Virus record (IMG/VR): IMGVR_UViG_3300037722_000053
Coordinates: 1 to 37,354 of that record
DNA length: 37,354 nucleotides
Strand: one strand, 5' to 3'
Source of the DNA: a virus
Taxonomy: Duplodnaviria; Caudoviricetes
In this document: in pieces, positions 18,186 to 28,704 of the stretch
Numbering within the stretch: position 1 is the stretch's first letter
Layout of the letters: the number at the start of each line of letters is the position of its first letter
Translations under genes and position numbers: made by a program
The notes under the pieces: generated by a model
What the model saw: the letters and a program-made list of their open reading frames with translations, nothing else
Told to the model about the DNA's origin: nothing
Database searches by the model: none

Positions 18186-19073
18186 ATGGCTGATACCACA
18201 TTTACTGATAATGTCACTGTAACCGCTGCAGATTGGTTCAATGATGTTAATAGACTTCAATATACAATTTTAGGAGACCCTGCTAACATTGCAGAAGTAA
18301 AAGAATCTGTATTGCCTGCAGGTATGGTTGTACCTTATGCTGGCACTTCAGCCCCCACTGACTGGTTAGCTTGTGACGGGGCGGCTGTAAGCCGCTCTAC
18401 TTATAGTAGACTTTTTACTGCTATTAGCACTACTTGGGGCGTAGGAGATGGTTCAACGACTTTTAATGTACCTTTCTTAGGAGGTAGAGTACCTGTTGGT
18501 TCAGGTACAGGCACTACAACAGAGGATGTAACTGCTTCCAGTGGTAATGGTTTCACCGTAACGGCAAATGATACAAAGTGGATTACAGGCATGACTGTAG
18601 TGTTGTCAGCCCTAACTGGGTTTACTACTTCTATGTCGGCTGGTCCAACTTACTATGCTGTTCGTGTTTCTTCTACCAATGTCAGATTTGCTTCAACACT
18701 TGCATTAGCTCAAGCAGGTACTCCTGATGAAACTATTAGTGGTACCGGAACTGCTACATTAACCCACACCTACACTGCTCGTACAGTAGGTCAATATGGT
18801 GGTGAACAAGGGCACGCGCAGAGCAGTACCGAAGCGCTGTCCCACAACCACACGCAGAACGCGCACTCACACGCAGAACGCGGCGATATCTCCGGGGGGG
18901 GCAGTTCGCAGGAAGTGGCCCTTACTGCAGGTGGCACGTCGGGGGGCGCAAACGAAGCAGCGGCAACTAGCACGACAGCCAATGCAACCGCTACCAACCA
19001 GGCGACTGGCGGCAACGCAGCCGCGAACATCATGCAACCTTTTGCTGTTACCATGTATATTATTAAAACTTAA
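18186..19073 (+). CDS. Tail fibre with tail-collar domain
   Basis: PAGMVVPYAG..PTDWLACDGAAVSRSTYSRLFTAI..GDGSTTFNVP; HxH tip motifs; NIMQPF..YIIKT. Confidence 0.92.
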   Translation: MADTTFTDNVTVTAADWFNDVNRLQYTILGDPANIAEVKESVLPAGMVVPYAGTSAPTDWLACDGAAVSRSTYSRLFTAISTTWGVGDGSTTFNVPFLGGRVPVGSGTGTTTEDVTASSGNGFTVTANDTKWITGMTVVLSALTGFTTSMSAGPTYYAVRVSSTNVRFASTLALAQAGTPDETISGTGTATLTHTYTARTVGQYGGEQGHAQSSTEALSHNHTQNAHSHAERGDISGGGSSQEVALTAGGTSGGANEAAATSTTANATATNQATGGNAAANIMQPFAVTMYIIKT

Positions 19074-20612
19074 ATGGCCCGCACTGCTACTACTACAAAT
19101 ACTCGTACTGAGCCAACTAGAATCCCATTGGTAGGGGAATTCAATACTCGTTTATTTACTGCTCTTGATACGGATGTAGATAGCGGTATTGTAGGTATTG
19201 GTGTTGTAGGGGATATGATTGTTGGTAATTTGACAGCTTTCACTGGAAAAGATCAACGATTTATTAATGTTATTCCAGATAAACTTACAACGGAAATTAC
19301 GGGAACAACTAAATTTTATTGCTATAAACGCCCTGGTTTTGCTACTAACACTACTCCTGCTTCTGGCAATATTGGAACTGCTATTAAAATTTGGACAGGA
19401 TTAGGAAACGAAGTTATCTCTGCTTTTGGAGATACTAATAGCACTATATATAATGGAACTTCCAGTTTAGGCACAATCACTGGAACAGCCACAGATATTG
19501 TGGAAGCGACGGTAGGCTCTACGCCTACCCTATTGATTCCTTCTTCGGATAATAAAATGTATTATTATCAGGATGGGGGATCAATTACTGAAATCACTAA
19601 TGGAAACTTTCCAAGTAATAATAGTTTAACAATTACAGGTTCCCCTGTTAATATGAATGGTTATACATTCATCATGACAACCAGTGGTCGTATCCAAAAT
19701 AGTGACAGAGCTTCAATAACTGACTGGTCGGCTTCAGGATTTATTTCTGCTAATACTTATCCAGATAGAGGTGTGGGACTTGCAAGATATAAGGATTTGA
19801 TTATTGCTTTTGGAGAAGAAACCTTAGAGTTTTATCGGGATATTGGAAATCCTGATGGTTCACCTTTAGAGCGAATGAAAGAACTTTCTGTTCGTATTGG
19901 TTGTATTGGACCAGAGGCTATAGTTCCTTTTGAAGATAATGTGGCTTGGGTAGCTAGTTCTGATGTGGGCACTATATCTGTATATATGTTGGATGGATTT
20001 AAACCTGTTCGTATTTCTGATAATGTTGTTGATGCCTTCTTAGGAACTAAAGCAGGATCAACTGTTAGACTTACTGCTGCAAAAATGAGAGGTAAAAGTT
20101 TTATCTTTGCGATGTATGGTTCTATTACGTGGGTGTATTGTGTTGAAGATCAAACATGGCATCAGTGGGTGCCTGCTTCACAAATCCTATGGCATCGTTT
20201 CGCAGCCTCTTCAGCCGCTACAGAAGCTCTTTTTTCCATCAGTCGTGGAAGTACAGACGGAAAAGTTTATATTGTCAATCCAGTAAACCCAGCGTTTACT
20301 GATGATGGATCGAACTATGAATTTTTGTTACAGACTTCCAAAGTAGATTTGAATAATACTAATAAAAAGAGACTACATAAATTACATTTAGTAGCGGATA
20401 ATACGCTATCTTCTACCAATATGTCTATTAGTTGGTCGGATGATGATTATGATTCATTCTCTACTGCTCGTACTGTAGACATGGTGAATGATGATAAATA
20501 TCTAAATAACTTAGGGCAGTTTCGTAGGAGAGCCTTCAGGTTCTCAAATACCTCATCTGAAGCTCTCAGATTAGAAGCTATAGATTTGTATTACTCTGAG
20601 GGTTTGAAATAA
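19074..20612 (+). CDS. Tail hub or packaged-DNA stabilisation protein (P22 gp10-like)
   Basis: 512 aa beta-rich; ISWSDD and NLGQFRRRAFRF C-terminal motif. Confidence 0.8.
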   Translation: MARTATTTNTRTEPTRIPLVGEFNTRLFTALDTDVDSGIVGIGVVGDMIVGNLTAFTGKDQRFINVIPDKLTTEITGTTKFYCYKRPGFATNTTPASGNIGTAIKIWTGLGNEVISAFGDTNSTIYNGTSSLGTITGTATDIVEATVGSTPTLLIPSSDNKMYYYQDGGSITEITNGNFPSNNSLTITGSPVNMNGYTFIMTTSGRIQNSDRASITDWSASGFISANTYPDRGVGLARYKDLIIAFGEETLEFYRDIGNPDGSPLERMKELSVRIGCIGPEAIVPFEDNVAWVASSDVGTISVYMLDGFKPVRISDNVVDAFLGTKAGSTVRLTAAKMRGKSFIFAMYGSITWVYCVEDQTWHQWVPASQILWHRFAASSAATEALFSISRGSTDGKVYIVNPVNPAFTDDGSNYEFLLQTSKVDLNNTNKKRLHKLHLVADNTLSSTNMSISWSDDDYDSFSTARTVDMVNDDKYLNNLGQFRRRAFRFSNTSSEALRLEAIDLYYSEGLK

Positions 20613-20989
20613 TGATTGTTTTAAACACCACAGTTACTTCATTGGAACTTGTTCTTGGTGGGGCTGTGTCTACCAATGAATTACATTGGACAGTACATTA
20701 TGAAACTACCAATTCTGCTGGTTTTTCTACTGCAGCTCATAGCGATGGTGTTTCTAATGGAACCACAGATGTAGTATTAGTTAGTGCTCCTGAAGCAGGA
20801 GAACGCCGTATTATTAAAGCGATATCAGTTCATAATGCTGATACTTCCTCAGCTACAGTGCAAATACATTATGATAATGGTGGTACAGAACGTACTATCA
20901 TCAAAGTAACTCTAGCAACACTAGAAAATCTATTCTATGAGTCTGGGGCAGGTTGGCAAGCTCTAACTACGGCAGGAGCGATTAAATAA
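20612..20989 (+). CDS. Hypothetical virion protein
   Basis: 125 aa beta-rich ORF coupled by TAATG. Confidence 0.7.
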   Translation: MIVLNTTVTSLELVLGGAVSTNELHWTVHYETTNSAGFSTAAHSDGVSNGTTDVVLVSAPEAGERRIIKAISVHNADTSSATVQIHYDNGGTERTIIKVTLATLENLFYESGAGWQALTTAGAIK

Positions 20990-21035
20990 TGTCGTTCAAT
21001 ACTTTGAACTCCCATAGCTCCAAAGGAGCATAAAT

Positions 21036-22298
21036 ATGGCATTTGATGTAAACGAGATGCAAACAGAATCTGGAAGAAAACGGGTAATTGACCTAGTAAC
21101 TGCCTATGAGGCTGGTCAAGTTATCCCTGAAGATTATTCTCCAGAATCTTATCCATACGGGCTACCTCCTAACTCACGAGTAGCGAGTACTCAAGATGTC
21201 AATTCAGCCGTTGCACTTCTAAACAACTATGCAATGACTGGTGGGGACGTTAGTGGTGTTCCAGAATCAATCAGGAAATACACCACTCCCCAATATGCGG
21301 AGTTCATCGCTTCACGCTCAAGTACAAAATTCAGAGATTATTTACCGCTGCTAGCAACTCTTGGCGGTGGACTTGCCGGTGTGTTCGGCGGCGCGGCAGG
21401 TGCTGCAGGTGCTGGTGGCTCTCAAGCTGCTGGTGCTGAAGCTGCCGGTACTTATGGAGCTGCTGGTGAATTTGCTAGTGCTGGAGCGGGAGCAGGAGGC
21501 ACAGCGGCTGGTGCCGCTGGTGGGATTGGGGCTGCGGCTGGTGCCGGAACTGCGGGCACTGGCACTACTACTGGTCTTGCAGGAGGTGCTGCAGGAGGTA
21601 CAGGTCTAACTGCTGGTGCCGGTGGAACTGGAACTGCAGGAATGACAGCTACAGGTGCTGGTGCTTTAGGTAGTGGTATTTCTTCTGGTGCTGGAGGTGT
21701 CACAGGAATTAGTGCTGGAACCGCCACCGGAACGGCGAGCACTGGGTCAACTTTAGGAACAATAGCTGGGGCTATGCCTTGGGGCAATTTAGCTGGTGCA
21801 GTATTAGAATATATGGGTTCTCAGAAAGCCGGACAAACTGCTGAAAACTTAATGCAACAACAAATGGAATCAGACCAATGGCGAGGCCAGCAAGGCCGCT
21901 ATTTTGAGCCTTTATATGAAGCTGCAACTCGGGGTATTGGTGATACAGACTATGGACGTTCTATAGCGGAATCTACAGCTCGTAAAATGGCTTCTCAGGG
22001 TTATGACATGTCTGGCAATATGCCAATGGAAATTGCCAAGAGTTTACATGGTGGTACTACTGATTATCTCAGAGCTGTTGGGCCTTTAGCTATGGGACGT
22101 GGAGAATCACAAGCTCCAGGTCAATTTGCTCCTGCTCTTATGGGAGCTGCACAAGCCCCTTATGGAATTGCTGGATATGGATTAGATCAAATTATCAAGA
22201 ACTGGCCTTCGGGTAATAATCAGCCGTCTTCCAGTTTGGGTTCGGGTGGTTCATTTCAGAACTACCAGCCCACTGATTACCAGAACATCTTTCTCTAG
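21036..22298 (+). CDS. Gly/Ala-rich putative ejection (pilot) protein
   Basis: Long Gly/Ala/Thr tract; located after the tail hub; AAGGAG RBS. Confidence 0.7.
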   Translation: MAFDVNEMQTESGRKRVIDLVTAYEAGQVIPEDYSPESYPYGLPPNSRVASTQDVNSAVALLNNYAMTGGDVSGVPESIRKYTTPQYAEFIASRSSTKFRDYLPLLATLGGGLAGVFGGAAGAAGAGGSQAAGAEAAGTYGAAGEFASAGAGAGGTAAGAAGGIGAAAGAGTAGTGTTTGLAGGAAGGTGLTAGAGGTGTAGMTATGAGALGSGISSGAGGVTGISAGTATGTASTGSTLGTIAGAMPWGNLAGAVLEYMGSQKAGQTAENLMQQQMESDQWRGQQGRYFEPLYEAATRGIGDTDYGRSIAESTARKMASQGYDMSGNMPMEIAKSLHGGTTDYLRAVGPLAMGRGESQAPGQFAPALMGAAQAPYGIAGYGLDQIIKNWPSGNNQPSSSLGSGGSFQNYQPTDYQNIFL

Positions 22299-22307
22299 GA
22301 GACTCCC

Positions 22308-23300
22308 TTGGCGGATGTCGATTACGTAAACCCAACATCAATTAGACCCCCTTATGCTTGGCAACCCTCTAGTGGGTTGGCAGGTATGTTTTATTCTAGG
22401 GATAGAGATCGTTATGAAGATGTGTCGCGCATGCAAGATGAGAGAATGCGGCATCAAACCCAACTCTCTCTAGAAGACTTGGTGCAAGGTGCTCCCGTTA
22501 GGGAGGCTAAGCGCACTGCTGAGCTTTCTGACCTTCCTACAGAATCTCGTAGAAAGACTGCTGAAGCTCGTAAAACAGAACTTGGTACAGAGCTTACAGA
22601 AGCCACTCAACCCGGCCAAATTGGATTAGCTCAGGGCGAACAAGAATTAGCCCGTGGTCAACAGGGCATTGCCAAGGCTGTCCAAGTGATTGCTCAAGAA
22701 CCTGCTGGTCCAGATTGGGCTGCGAGAGTTGGAACAAAGATTCGAGATTCTGGACTAAAGCCAGGTGATCCTAGTATTAAAATTTTACAAGGAATTTTAG
22801 ATACAGGTAATCCCCAAGAAGCACAACAACGTGCTTTGCAATGGTTACAACTCCAGAGTCAAACCGAACCTGCCTATCGTCAGACTATGGACAGTACAAG
22901 AATGCGTGGGGAGTATGATTTGAAGAGGCAGGGATTGGCTAACCAAGGGGCTGTTCAAGCTGCCCAAGCTAGAACAGCGGCTAAAAACAAGTCTTCAGTA
23001 CAGATATTAAAAGAAGCTTCTGGTAAGGGAGCCACTGAGCAAGTGCATGCGGCAATGTTGGTTATTAATGATCCAGATGTTGATCCTCAGATTAAACAAA
23101 TGGCTACTGCATTATACAACGCCGCTTTACCCGCCTATCAGCGTGAACAACAACGTGGCATACAGCCACAAATTCCTGGATTCCCACAAACTCCTGGAAT
23201 TCAAATGCCTCAATATGGTTCACAGCAGGGGGCTGCTCCTAGTGGTGGGGCCACACATAGATTCAATCCTCAAACAGGTAAAGTGGAGCCCATTCGTTAA
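22308..23300 (+). CDS. Putative ejection or internal virion protein
   Basis: Gln/Ala-rich helical protein; AGGAG RBS with TTG start. Confidence 0.65.
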   Translation: MADVDYVNPTSIRPPYAWQPSSGLAGMFYSRDRDRYEDVSRMQDERMRHQTQLSLEDLVQGAPVREAKRTAELSDLPTESRRKTAEARKTELGTELTEATQPGQIGLAQGEQELARGQQGIAKAVQVIAQEPAGPDWAARVGTKIRDSGLKPGDPSIKILQGILDTGNPQEAQQRALQWLQLQSQTEPAYRQTMDSTRMRGEYDLKRQGLANQGAVQAAQARTAAKNKSSVQILKEASGKGATEQVHAAMLVINDPDVDPQIKQMATALYNAALPAYQREQQRGIQPQIPGFPQTPGIQMPQYGSQQGAAPSGGATHRFNPQTGKVEPIR

Positions 23301-26300
23301 TGGCTAAGTTTGTTCAGTTTAACGATCAGGTAATTGAATTTCCTGATGATATGGAAGACGATGCTATTGCCAATGTATTAGCTCCTACACCTCCTATGGA
23401 ACAGTTGTCCCAAATGAATGTGGGACAAAGAGCTATGTCAGGAGCTATTGGTGCTCCTGAAACCATGCTCTCTATGGCCTCGGTAATTCCTGGTATGGCG
23501 GCTGGTGGTGCCAGAGGGTTATATGGTTTAGCCACAGGAGAAGGTTTAGAAGGAGCAACTAAAGCAGCAGGAGAAACTACGCAGGCTCTAACCTATGAGC
23601 CTCGTTCTACTGCTGGTAAAGTATTTTCTGAGGGTTTAGGGGAGGGGTTTGAATACCTTAAAAGAGAAGTGGGAATGGGGGCTGGGCGTCTACCCGAAGC
23701 TATTAAACACCCGCTTACTTCCCCTGAAACATTACAAAAAGCTCCTGTTTCTGAAGTTGGTAGGGCGATTGGTGAGGCGGGATTTGAGTTCGGGGCTGTT
23801 GGTGGCCCTGCTGTAGGGGCTCTTCGAGGTATTCGTGGGGGAAGAGCTAGACAAGTAGAAATGCAGAAAGCTCAGGAAATCTTGGACAAGGCTACGGAAG
23901 CCGAGGCTAAAATTCAACGAACTGAGTCTGAACAAAAAGCCTATACAGAAGCTTACGAACAACTTGATAATTTGATGCTCCGTTATCCCAAAGACTACCA
24001 AGCTCCACAGCTTGGACAGGGAGGGAAGTTAGCCCGCATACCAGATCAAGTGAAGGCTGAGGCTAAGGCTGGAGCCGATCAACTTAAGTTTGACCAAGAT
24101 GTAAGGGTTATTGCTGAAGCAGAAACAGCCCGACAGATGATTTTACAAGAGCAGGTTAGGTCGGTGCAGAACAGACCTATGCCACCTCCTATGGCCCCTA
24201 GGAAACCTCATATGGTAGGTCCCGAGGCTACCTCTAAAGATGTCTATTCAGACCCTTTGGCTGTTGCTGAAGCAGTGAAACAGAAGATGCAGGAAGCTCG
24301 TCAGGAAACCCAAAGAGTTGTTCCAGATCAACCTGTAGGTGCTGATGTTAGAAGTACACCCGGCTTTAATGCTAAACTTCATGAACTCCAAACTGGTCTT
24401 AGATGGAATAATGCGCGTGGATACTTTGAAGAGATTCCCTCCACTCCACGTAATCAACTAGAAGCTATTAGAGATGCTTCTCAAGTTCCCTACTATAAAG
24501 AACTTGCTCGTTTGTTACTTGACGACAAGGAATTTAGTCCTAAAGTGGAGATTAAGAGTTTGGCGGAAGTACAAAAAGCTACTGGTGAGTTTTCCCAAGC
24601 TGCTTATGATCCTCGTAAACATTCCATCCTCATTCCTTTAGAATCTACTGGGAAAGAAGCCCTCACTCTACACGAATTTGTTCATGCCGCCAGTTATGGT
24701 GCCATTGAGGGTGTGCGAGCGGGTAAAACAATCGCGGCCCATCTGACGAGACCTGTTGAACGTCTACAGGGATTATATAATAATTTTAAAGATTATCAAA
24801 CTCAATCAGGTGTAACACACCTTCCTTATGGTTTAAAGAATATTCACGAGTTTATAGCGGAAGGCTTTACTAATCCTCTATTCCAAGCGGAACTTGCTCG
24901 TATTCCCCTACCTAAACATTTGCGTGCAGGAAAACTTCGTACATATTGGGATAAGTTTGTAGAGGCTATTGGCAACCTGCTTGGCTTCGACAAAAACAAA
25001 CACAACTACCTCTCCGAACTCATTCGAGTGGGTGCAGACATTATTCAAGGGTCTAGTTCTGAAGTTCGGCGTTTATATGACAAATCTCCCGATCAACTCT
25101 CCCCTGGAGCGTTTGAACTCAAAGACTTTAAACAACAACTCAAGGACCAAGGTGTTAAGATTCCTGAAGAGGCTGTTAAAGCCCTCTGGGCAGCTCGTAA
25201 TAAACCTGTAGCTGAACCAAAGGCTCATGCCTCAGAAGGCGCTGCTACGTCTGGGGCTGAACAACTCCAAAGACAATATGCAGATAGACGCTCCCTCGAA
25301 GAGGTCGCTGCCACCCTTAAAGATGTTAAGAAAGACACATTAGCAGATCAAGCCTCTTACAATACTGTTGGTAAAATTATTCAAGGTAGGTTCATTGCCC
25401 AAGGCAATCCTCTACTTTCTTGGACTTCTTCCCAAATCCACTGGGCTAAACAAGAGGCTATTCAGAAGGCTAACAGCCTTCTGCATGGGGCTAGTCGTAA
25501 AGCCCCTGATCCTGGTACAGCCAATTACTTATGGAAGAATTTTAACAAAGAACAGAAGATTGCCACTAATGAAGTGGGACAAGCTCTCCAAGGAGAGCAA
25601 GCATGGATTGGAGAAGCTGGAATTCAAGCTAAAGCCAGAGAAATAATTGGGAGAGATTTGTCTCGTAATGAACTACAGTCTTATTTAGACCGAGTGAAGG
25701 TTAACAAACAAATGTTGGCTGAGGTTAATAAGGCGCTAGTTGCCGAAGGCAAGGAAAGCATCCAAGAACTTCCTCATTACTGGTCTTCTGCCTCCTTTGA
25801 TGGTCCTTTTAGGACCAAATTTATAGACAAGGATGGTAACACTGTGAAGGTGGAAGGTTCCTATCTACGTCCCAATGAGGCGAAGATTAAAAGGTCTTTC
25901 CCTGAATATAAAATAGAAATTGTGGAAGAAGTGCCTCGTGGAGAAATGGATTTCTCTCAATTGGAGGCTGTCTTACGACAACTTTCCAAAGAAGCACGAG
26001 ACCCCGCCGCTAAGGCAATTCATGAAGGCTATCGTAGGTTGGGATTTGGTAAACATGGCTTAAAACGTAAGGGTGTTAAAGGTGCCCGTGGTACTGAAGG
26101 TGGAATTAAGGGGGTCAGACAATATGAAGAAGTTTATGAACGAGGTATTCGCCAAGCCTACGATTTCTTGGCGAATCGTCAACTTGATAAAATTCACACC
26201 CAGGTTAGAGAACTCAAAGAAGCAGATCATCTTCCGTACACGAAAACATGGGCTCTTGAGGCTATTGACCAAGCCCGAGGTGGTTCAAACAAAACCTTTG

Positions 26301-27895
26301 ATGAGCTATCCCGTACATTATCAGCCACAGTCAGCGGCACTATTGCAATAGGGAGTCTAGGAAAACTTAGACTCCCCCAACGATTTCTTAGAGATTTTCT
26401 GAGACAAGGTAATAAGGTTAAAACTACTCTATTATTGGGATTCTTTAATCCTATCCACATTGCTGCTCAGCTTATTCAGGCTCCTTCATTCATGCCGCCT
26501 AAACTTCTGTCTATGGCAGCACAATCGGGTATGAACCCGGCTCGTATTATGAATGTTATGGCTAGGGGGTTGACGGAATATGGTAAATGGGACAGGTCTA
26601 AGGATGCTACCAACCTTGCTAAGGTGAATGCATTTGATGCCACCTTCAAGTATGACTGGTCTACTTATGCAGGGGACTCCTCACCCCATTATAAGAGGTC
26701 TTTAATAGATCATGCTTCAGGCTTATCCACTCTTATGTGGATAGAGGGGCAGACTGTCCGTAGGCCAGCCGCACACATGTTCCTGGAAATGCTCCGGGAA
26801 ATGGGCTATGATAAAATAGCCAAAGATAAGATGGAGATTTATAAAGTTGCTAGGGAAATGACGGACCATTATATGGTGTCTATGAGGTTTTATGAAAAAC
26901 CCCACATTTTCTCTAGAACAGGGTTGGTAGGGATGGCTATGAGCCCCCTTAAAAGCTTTGCAACTACCTGGCTGGGCACCCTAAGGGAGTACACCAAACT
27001 AAGTGGCCAGGGCCTCCTAGAGGGTTCTGTAGCCAAGCAATTGCCATTAGGGGCCTTCCTTTCTACAAGTCTGCTAACAGCAGGTATGTTGGGATTTGTG
27101 GGAGTTAAGGAATGGGACGCTTTAGCTAAATTGGCTAATGATTTGTGGGGATATAATATTCCCACGGGTACAGAGTGGATTGCCTCTAAGTTCAAGTCTC
27201 CTGCTTTAAGGTATGGCCTCCTGTCGGAAGCCCTTCCTTTTGACCTATCCGTAGGCCCTACCTTCGCTTCCCCTTCATTGGCAGAACAGCAATTCTGGTC
27301 TGCCCCTGGACTTCAGTTCTGGGGAGAGGCTGCTAAATTTGGTGGTATGATTGCTAAATCAACTGGAATTGCAGGCGAAAGCAACATTCCAGGACCCACG
27401 GAAAAGAGGGAAGCTTTTAAGGGAGTGACACCCAGATTCCCAGCCTGGGGACCTATTGAGAAAGCGTACACTCCTGAAGGGCAGCCTTATGCTGAGGCTG
27501 GAGGGGCTGCAGGCCCCTACACCCGCACTGAGAAGGATTGGACAGCCCGTAGGCTAGGCACTTATACAACCCAAGAGCGAGATGAAAAGACTAAATTCTA
27601 TACAGCCAAGCAACGTCTAAAGACAATGACTAAAGATGTTAGTAGGGCTGTAGACATTATACTTAGTAATAAGGACATGGAACGTCTTCCTACTCTGTGG
27701 CAAAGCATTGCCGAGAAGGGGTTTAGTTCTCAAGAACTCCAAACTGCTGTTAAACGCGAAGTTTTTAACCGTCTTGTAGAAGCTGACATTAGAGCTACAG
27801 GTCAGGGTATGACCCCTAAACAACAACGTCTGTGGATGTTATATCAGCAATTGGAAGGGTCGTCGTCCCCGGAGGGCCTCGCTAATGTCCAATAA
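23300..27895 (+). CDS. Large ejection or internal virion protein with zincin-like domain
   Basis: 1531 aa; EFPDDM N-terminus; LHEFVH and HEFIAEGFTNPLFQ motifs. Confidence 0.75.
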   Translation: MAKFVQFNDQVIEFPDDMEDDAIANVLAPTPPMEQLSQMNVGQRAMSGAIGAPETMLSMASVIPGMAAGGARGLYGLATGEGLEGATKAAGETTQALTYEPRSTAGKVFSEGLGEGFEYLKREVGMGAGRLPEAIKHPLTSPETLQKAPVSEVGRAIGEAGFEFGAVGGPAVGALRGIRGGRARQVEMQKAQEILDKATEAEAKIQRTESEQKAYTEAYEQLDNLMLRYPKDYQAPQLGQGGKLARIPDQVKAEAKAGADQLKFDQDVRVIAEAETARQMILQEQVRSVQNRPMPPPMAPRKPHMVGPEATSKDVYSDPLAVAEAVKQKMQEARQETQRVVPDQPVGADVRSTPGFNAKLHELQTGLRWNNARGYFEEIPSTPRNQLEAIRDASQVPYYKELARLLLDDKEFSPKVEIKSLAEVQKATGEFSQAAYDPRKHSILIPLESTGKEALTLHEFVHAASYGAIEGVRAGKTIAAHLTRPVERLQGLYNNFKDYQTQSGVTHLPYGLKNIHEFIAEGFTNPLFQAELARIPLPKHLRAGKLRTYWDKFVEAIGNLLGFDKNKHNYLSELIRVGADIIQGSSSEVRRLYDKSPDQLSPGAFELKDFKQQLKDQGVKIPEEAVKALWAARNKPVAEPKAHASEGAATSGAEQLQRQYADRRSLEEVAATLKDVKKDTLADQASYNTVGKIIQGRFIAQGNPLLSWTSSQIHWAKQEAIQKANSLLHGASRKAPDPGTANYLWKNFNKEQKIATNEVGQALQGEQAWIGEAGIQAKAREIIGRDLSRNELQSYLDRVKVNKQMLAEVNKALVAEGKESIQELPHYWSSASFDGPFRTKFIDKDGNTVKVEGSYLRPNEAKIKRSFPEYKIEIVEEVPRGEMDFSQLEAVLRQLSKEARDPAAKAIHEGYRRLGFGKHGLKRKGVKGARGTEGGIKGVRQYEEVYERGIRQAYDFLANRQLDKIHTQVRELKEADHLPYTKTWALEAIDQARGGSNKTFDELSRTLSATVSGTIAIGSLGKLRLPQRFLRDFLRQGNKVKTTLLLGFFNPIHIAAQLIQAPSFMPPKLLSMAAQSGMNPARIMNVMARGLTEYGKWDRSKDATNLAKVNAFDATFKYDWSTYAGDSSPHYKRSLIDHASGLSTLMWIEGQTVRRPAAHMFLEMLREMGYDKIAKDKMEIYKVAREMTDHYMVSMRFYEKPHIFSRTGLVGMAMSPLKSFATTWLGTLREYTKLSGQGLLEGSVAKQLPLGAFLSTSLLTAGMLGFVGVKEWDALAKLANDLWGYNIPTGTEWIASKFKSPALRYGLLSEALPFDLSVGPTFASPSLAEQQFWSAPGLQFWGEAAKFGGMIAKSTGIAGESNIPGPTEKREAFKGVTPRFPAWGPIEKAYTPEGQPYAEAGGAAGPYTRTEKDWTARRLGTYTTQERDEKTKFYTAKQRLKTMTKDVSRAVDIILSNKDMERLPTLWQSIAEKGFSSQELQTAVKREVFNRLVEADIRATGQGMTPKQQRLWMLYQQLEGSSSPEGLANVQ

Positions 27896-28241
27896 TCTTG
27901 ATCCTAATATGTCTAAAGACTCTCCTGAGCAAGTGAAGGCTCAGGAAGAGAGTGAACGTCTTAAAGGTGAATTAGAGATTAGGATGGACCAACTAAGGGA
28001 GTGGTATCCTGAGTGGTTCACCTATTCAGACACTCTTGGTGAACGTCCTATTGATGGTATGATGAGAGAATTGAGAACCAACTACCAACTTAGAGAAGAA
28101 CAACAAGAAGGCCAACAAGACTACGCTGGAAAAGTAACTAGGCAAGTAGATCAAAATAGGGCTATTGCCCCAGAATACACTGAAGAGAGTCAAATGCATG
28201 TTCCACCTGGGATGGTGGAACCAATGGGGAAAATAATGTGA
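27885..28241 (+). CDS. Hypothetical protein
   Basis: 118 aa ORF with GGAGG RBS, overlapping its neighbours. Confidence 0.65.
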   Translation: MSNNLDPNMSKDSPEQVKAQEESERLKGELEIRMDQLREWYPEWFTYSDTLGERPIDGMMRELRTNYQLREEQQEGQQDYAGKVTRQVDQNRAIAPEYTEESQMHVPPGMVEPMGKIM

Positions 28242-28474
28242 TGAAAACTGTTGAAGAGAATATTGGCTATTTACTAGCTAAACAAGAAGAACAAAAATCT
28301 GATTTAGTGAGAGTTGAACAGAAAGTTGATTCACTCACTGAATTAGTTAGCACCAAGTTTGCCACGGCTGAGACTGTCTTCAAAGTGATTAAATTTCTAG
28401 GAATTGTCGTTGTCGCTGTTGCCACCCTTCAGTTTGGTGATATTGCTAAGTGGTTCAATTATTTCTTTAAATGA
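28238..28474 (+). CDS. Putative holin-like membrane protein
   Basis: Coiled coil plus one C-terminal TM segment; last gene of the late operon. Confidence 0.45.
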   Translation: MMKTVEENIGYLLAKQEEQKSDLVRVEQKVDSLTELVSTKFATAETVFKVIKFLGIVVVAVATLQFGDIAKWFNYFFK

Positions 28475-28704
28475 GGCATTTCAATATTAAAAACTGGGTC
28501 AGCATCTAGAGGCCAACAAAAGACCGGATCATGCATTAGAACTGTTTGTGCAGAAACCAAGGTACTTTCTAAGCAAGACCACCTGTAAACTTTGTTTTCA
28601 ACTATTTTTAGACAATCCCCACTAAAAAGTGCCTCTCCTGCCACATACCACTTACCTTCAGTTTTGTAGTTTTTTACAGGTCTAAAACCTTTGGGTATTT
28701 TCAT
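28459..28704 (-). CDS. Hypothetical protein
   Basis: 81 aa ORF coupled to the upstream minus-strand gene. Confidence 0.6.
   Translation of the reverse strand: MKIPKGFRPVKNYKTEGKWYVAGEALFSGDCLKIVENKVYRWSCLESTLVSAQTVLMHDPVFCWPLDADPVFNIEMPHLKK

Noticed and set aside
21360-21780. GGTGCT-type repeats as a repeat array
   Set aside because: They reflect Gly/Ala low-complexity coding
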